NCBI GenBank assembly: GCA_905178155.1 | Contig: CAJINV010000001.1 | Span: forward strand, 11,512,753 to 11,576,752 | Length of the DNA stretch: 64,000 nucleotides | Direction: 5' to 3' | Source of the DNA: Amoebophrya sp. A120 | Taxonomy: Eukaryota > Protista > Dinoflagellata | Shown here: one piece after another, positions 59,725 to 64,000 of the stretch | How the letters are laid out: each line of letters begins with the position of its first letter | Position numbering within the stretch: position 1 is the first letter of the stretch | Program-made: the position numbers and the translations under genes | The notes under the pieces: model-generated | What the model was told of the DNA's origin: nothing | The model's input: only the letters and a program-made list of their open reading frames with translations | Database searches by the model: none

Positions 59725-62700
59725 CTAGAAACCAAAATAAATCGAATAAGTATAGCCTACTTTAGCCTTGCCCTTCTTATGATTCCCCTCAATAAAAGTG
59801 TCTAAATCATCCTCATCGTCAGAGGCGTCACAACTAAAAGACTTAGGGTCGGGGTTATCTATATGGTGCAAGAGTAAGCGTCTCTGCGGCACACTACACT
59901 CGAGCTTCGTGAGACCGTCTGCCTTCATTAGGTAGGTCGGGCAGAACATGATCTGGCTCGCTGCGTCTCTCACGCGGAGATATCGCAGTGCGTAGTGCCT
60001 CGATTTCGGTTTGTTGTCTGTGCTCTTAGCTGTAGTTATCGCGGACTGGTTGTCGATCCACAATATGGCATCATCCAGGGAGGGAGATAAGCCATTCTGC
60101 TTTTCCACCATGACAGTGGGTAGAGGTTTGAAGAACTCTGTAAAGTCATTCTGCTCGCTCAGCACAATAGTGTCGGAAGCAGCTATATACTCCGCCTCCG
60201 CCGTGGAGTACGCCCTCACGGTCTGCCGGTTGCTACGCCAACAGATCGGGAAGCCGCGGAAGTACATAATGCTACCACTAGTGCTTCGCATGGTCTTGCA
60301 ACAATTCGCAAAACTAGCATCCGAAAACAGATTCACATCAGGCAAGTCTCTCCCGTCGGGCAGTAGCTTGCTGTAGATTCTGTTGAATTCCTCCTCAATT
60401 TCCGGACTATACGACAGACCCTGCTCCTTCGTTGTCAATAGATACTTCAGAATCTTCTTACAGGCGTTTACGACAGGCCGAGTCGCCGGCTTGCCCACAT
60501 ATCTGGCGACAGTGGCAACCGGGACAACAATGTCTACCCTGCAAGTGGTTGCAGCCCACTGCAGAGAGCCAACGACCTCTCGAAGGGGAAAACCTTCAAT
60601 AACTTTAGCTCCTTCAACTTCTTTAGCGAGTTCAGACTCATCGAAGTTTGGCGAGTGGACCGGCTTGCCCGCTTCTGAGACGTGGAATTTCTTACAAATC
60701 TTGGATATGTACTCTGACATCACGATCCTAACGGTTCGTAGATTCCAGTTGTAGTACACTATTGACCCTAGGAAGTCGAACTTCTTGGACACAGAGTTAA
60801 ACTCCGGAACAAGCTCGACGTCGATCATGCGCCCCTTGACGTGGTGCAAGATCTCCGCAAGTTCTCCAGCCAACTCGGACCCAGTCGGAGGACCTGTGAT
60901 AAGATTATCGTCGACATACACTGCCAACTTCAGAAACTTCCCAGGGTGTTCCAAGCTCGGTTTCTTCCACAGACCTGGCGCAGAGGGACAGGGTTCCCAA
61001 CCTAGCTTGGTCAGTACTTCCTCATACTTCTTATACCAGAGCCTGGGGGCGTCTTTCAAGCCGTAAAGCGCTTTCTTGAGCTTGACGATCTCCACGCCGT
61101 GCTTCTTCGCCCAGATGGGTGGCAAGCGGCAGAAGACGTCGCGATCAAGTAAGGCATTGAGAAACGCACTATCAAGGTCGAACGGGATCACATCATCACC
61201 GTCTGCGGCTGCAGCGGCTAGAAGTAACCTGTTAGCGGCATGGGACACAACAGGAGCGAAAGTGTCCAGCTCGCCCGAACGATCTAGATTACCGAGAACT
61301 ACTGCCCGCGCTTTCTTCGTACCGTCACGCTTCTCGGTAAGAAGGATAGCAATAGGCAAGACCTGTTTTGCGGTCGCTAGCTCCTCGTCAGTAGCTGGCT
61401 CCCACACTTTATAGGCTTCAAGTCTGCAATCTTCCTTGTTGGTTGCTGCGTTCCATTCGGCTGAGTCTTTGCAACGAGCAGGATCCAACTTGGCCGATGT
61501 AGTCAAATAACACTGGACGTCAAGGAATTCCTCACCTTCCTCTCGATCATCCTGTGCTGCTATTGCTGCGGCAAACGCACTCGCGTCTTTTCTCAATTCT
61601 GCGAGCTCTTTCTTAGTACGTCTCACGCGCTTTTTCTTGTCCTTTCTCCCTTTGGGACGACCACGACCTCGCGGCTTGGAGTTGCGGTTGCCAGCCACAA
61701 TCCTTGCCGGAGACGGGCTCGCCTTTCTTGGACTAGATAAGCTGCTGTGAGTGGGGTGATCGCCCAGATTCCCCTCCTCAGGTTTAACACCTTCAGGCTC
61801 GGGATGTATCTGGCCCGGATCATCTTCCCTATCCAGACTTTCAACCACCAACATCTCTTCTGGACCGTCAGGCTGCCTACCAGTGTGCTCCGAGACATCC
61901 ACCCCCAGCCGGTGCTCAGCCCTTTTCATCAGACCGACACACGGGAGAGATGGCGCACACGACGCTCCACTGGGTAGGGCCTCGATTGCGTCACACTCGA
62001 CATAAATGCCTTTCGAGTTAGGAACTAGGTCTTCAACATTCTTCACGAGGTACTCCTCACGGAACTTGACGTCGATGGTGGAATACTCCATCCAACGATG
62101 TCCCGCGGCGGACCGGCCGTCCGTGACATACGTCCCAACCCGCCAGCCCGAAGACTTAGGACAGAGGCCGAGAAATACGCCACGACGAAATGGCGCGGAC
62201 AGCTTTGGAGCAACCACTTCTACTCCCCCCTCAGGAGCTTCATGAACTTCGCCTTTCTTGACTTGTTCACGGAAATAAACGAGACAACCAAAACGCCTTA
62301 GCATCCTTGTGCCAACTTTGGAACTGTTTCTTCCAGTTCTTTCATCTAGAATTTCTGCAGGAGTCTTTCCGTCGTACTCAGGCATCTTGCTATACTTATG
62401 CGGAAGGCGGTCCCAGCATGCTGCAGCGTACTCGACCGAGTAGCACCGCAGACGCTTGTCCACGCTCACCAACATCGCACGCACAGCGCCGAATATGGTC
62501 CGCATAAAGCGTTCGCAGGTTCCGCTCTGCTCTGGGTTGTAGGGAACCGTAGGAGCATCACCGACCCGCAGCGATTGCATGACCTTGGTCATGGAGTCAC
62601 TGCCCAGAACTGGCTCATTGTCCCTACGGACGAACCATACCACCTTGTCCTCGAGGGTCAAAGCGTAGTTCTGGCGAATGCCTTTGATCAATTCTTCCAA

Positions 62701-63549
62701 AACCTCAACGCTGTCACTCTTCAGCTTAAGAGGGACACAGAAACACTTCTTGATGGCATCACAGATGACCACAAGCACGCAGGTGCGTGACCGAATCGAT
62801 ACAGGTTTAATACCTACCGCGAAGTCCATCGCTAGTAGTTTCAATGGTTCAGGTTTGTAATTACTAGTGTCTCGCTCCTTGGCGTGAGAGCTTCTTGCGC
62901 CTTTCGCTTTGTCGCATTCCGGACACTGGACATTAAGACCATCTACATGAAAGTGTCCGAATCTTCTATGTTGTTCTAGACGCGTAAGGTGACAGCTAGC
63001 GATACTTTCTTCGATTGTAATGCATGCAATGTCTTCCGCGGTGTCACTAGTCGCCTGACCCCGGAGGCCCACCGCGAAAAGATCACACCCAAGGACTGGG
63101 AGGGTCAACCTCTCGCGGTTCTTGATTGGTAGCATCTGGCCGGATTCCCTGCTGACGAGAGAACCACCAGAGCTGTTGTAGTTCAGATCCCACCCACGAT
63201 CACTGAGGTTGTCCTCACCAAGCCACGGAGGAATACGATCAATATCTCTTGGTAGATGTTTAAAGTAGACGCCGTAGGGTAAACCTAGAGCGTTTTCCTT
63301 CAGTTTTCCGACAAAACCATCGCGAGCCCCGGCCGTGCCGTTGATGCGACAGACGTTGCTCGAGATGTCAACAAAATCCGAATTGTGTCTAGATAAATAC
63401 TTGTTTGCACATGAATCGACCAAGCTCACTTCGTCCTTGGTCTGTGCAATAAAACAGCTAGAAGAATCTAAATCAAACTCCTCTAAATCGCGGAGAGCCA
63501 GCCCCGGCGGGCGACTGCCTAAGTTCCCGCTATTTTTTGAACCGCCCAA
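59725..63549 (-). CDS. pol: Copia Pol polyprotein (protease, HHCC integrase, RT, RNase H), uninterrupted over 1274 codons
   Basis: PR LVDSCA; HRRFGH...CPEC; IN AMDF/RRDNE/GTCER; RT KARAV, DLDSAFLNA, LKKALYGLKDAPRLWY, VYVDD; RH FSDAS, STAEAEY, DNQSAI, ADGLTK. Confidence 0.95.
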   Translation of the reverse strand: MGGSKNSGNLGSRPPGLALRDLEEFDLDSSSCFIAQTKDEVSLVDSCANKYLSRHNSDFVDISSNVCRINGTAGARDGFVGKLKENALGLPYGVYFKHLPRDIDRIPPWLGEDNLSDRGWDLNYNSSGGSLVSRESGQMLPIKNRERLTLPVLGCDLFAVGLRGQATSDTAEDIACITIEESIASCHLTRLEQHRRFGHFHVDGLNVQCPECDKAKGARSSHAKERDTSNYKPEPLKLLAMDFAVGIKPVSIRSRTCVLVVICDAIKKCFCVPLKLKSDSVEVLEELIKGIRQNYALTLEDKVVWFVRRDNEPVLGSDSMTKVMQSLRVGDAPTVPYNPEQSGTCERFMRTIFGAVRAMLVSVDKRLRCYSVEYAAACWDRLPHKYSKMPEYDGKTPAEILDERTGRNSSKVGTRMLRRFGCLVYFREQVKKGEVHEAPEGGVEVVAPKLSAPFRRGVFLGLCPKSSGWRVGTYVTDGRSAAGHRWMEYSTIDVKFREEYLVKNVEDLVPNSKGIYVECDAIEALPSGASCAPSLPCVGLMKRAEHRLGVDVSEHTGRQPDGPEEMLVVESLDREDDPGQIHPEPEGVKPEEGNLGDHPTHSSLSSPRKASPSPARIVAGNRNSKPRGRGRPKGRKDKKKRVRRTKKELAELRKDASAFAAAIAAQDDREEGEEFLDVQCYLTTSAKLDPARCKDSAEWNAATNKEDCRLEAYKVWEPATDEELATAKQVLPIAILLTEKRDGTKKARAVVLGNLDRSGELDTFAPVVSHAANRLLLAAAAADGDDVIPFDLDSAFLNALLDRDVFCRLPPIWAKKHGVEIVKLKKALYGLKDAPRLWYKKYEEVLTKLGWEPCPSAPGLWKKPSLEHPGKFLKLAVYVDDNLITGPPTGSELAGELAEILHHVKGRMIDVELVPEFNSVSKKFDFLGSIVYYNWNLRTVRIVMSEYISKICKKFHVSEAGKPVHSPNFDESELAKEVEGAKVIEGFPLREVVGSLQWAATTCRVDIVVPVATVARYVGKPATRPVVNACKKILKYLLTTKEQGLSYSPEIEEEFNRIYSKLLPDGRDLPDVNLFSDASFANCCKTMRSTSGSIMYFRGFPICWRSNRQTVRAYSTAEAEYIAASDTIVLSEQNDFTEFFKPLPTVMVEKQNGLSPSLDDAILWIDNQSAITTAKSTDNKPKSRHYALRYLRVRDAASQIMFCPTYLMKADGLTKLECSVPQRRLLLHHIDNPDPKSFSCDASDDEDDLDTFIEGNHKKGKAKVGYTYSIYFGF

Positions 63550-63874
63550 GCCCTAGCCTGGGCGAGCAAGCCCGCCCCGGGCAATAGGCCGAGGCGGGCC
63601 GCCTTTGCTGGGGACACAGGCGGGGCGCGGGCGACTTGCAGAACGCAGACGCTTGAGCCCATCGCCGGCGACCCGCCTGAAAGGCGCAGTGACGAAGCAA
63701 TTGCGCCGCCGGCCCTTTCAACCGTTCTTGACCACGTCCCGAAATTTTCTAAGTTTGCGCCTAAATTTCAGAGCAACGGCCGACATAGGCAAAATCGCAC
63801 GCAAATTGCAAAGCTGGGCAAATTAGACAAAAAATAGACAGCAGCCGAAGCTGCCAAGGCCGCTTTTTGGACAG

Positions 63875-64000
63875 AAATTAGACAGGAAAATAAAAAGAAA
63901 AATAGACAGGAAAATAGACAGAAAAATAGACAGGAAAATAGACAGGAAAATAGACAAAAAGTTAGACAAAAACTGAGACAGGAAATTAGACACGAACTTA
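63875..64000. repeat. 12-bp tandem array (consensus AAAATAGACAGG), at least 10 units, runs off the window
   Basis: Directly visible; two related units at 63820-63841. Confidence 0.92.

Larger units (their letters stand above)
59096..64000 (-). mobile_element. Ty1/Copia LTR retrotransposon; its 5' part lies beyond the window
   Basis: PR-IN-RT-RH order in one ORF; purine tract AGAGGGGG (59719-59726) at the stop codon, followed by a ~620-bp putative 3' LTR. Confidence 0.92.

Noticed and set aside
63875-64000. 12-bp array as a CRISPR or telomere repeat
   Set aside because: No spacers, not TTTAGGG-like, and located inside an LTR element
1-64000. tRNA, rRNA and snRNA genes; stop-codon reassignment
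   Set aside because: No T-loop/cloverleaf or rRNA signature recognised by eye, though a tRNAscan/Infernal run is still needed; conserved genes read through under the standard code once introns are removed

Overview
Eukaryotic genomic DNA, standard genetic code, with every recognisable gene and both retroelements on the minus strand. That unidirectional layout, short GT-AG introns mixed with non-canonical TIR/TSD introns, and long low-complexity protein extensions point to a dinoflagellate-lineage alveolate, most likely the parasite Amoebophrya (inference). Host genes: a TTLL tubulin glutamylase-like gene, a P4-ATPase flippase, a CLC Cl-/H+ exchanger, an EF-hand protein, ADF/cofilin, proteasome alpha type-1, two TPR proteins, an ankyrin protein, a WW-domain protein and several hypothetical proteins. 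Mobile DNA: (i) an apparently intact ~7 kb tyrosine-recombinase (YR) retrotransposon with the unusual order YR - Gag(CCCH) - RT/RNase H in three widely separated ORFs and no visible terminal repeats; (ii) three ~262-268 bp TIR elements (TATC...GATA, 5-bp TSD), two of which interrupt coding sequence and must be spliced as non-canonical introns whose splice sites appear to come from the TSD; (iii) a Copia element truncated by the window end, with an intact pol, a 3' LTR lacking the 5'-TG, and a closed spacer with a 12-bp tandem array where gag should be. Exon models and coordinates were worked out by hand, without transcript data.
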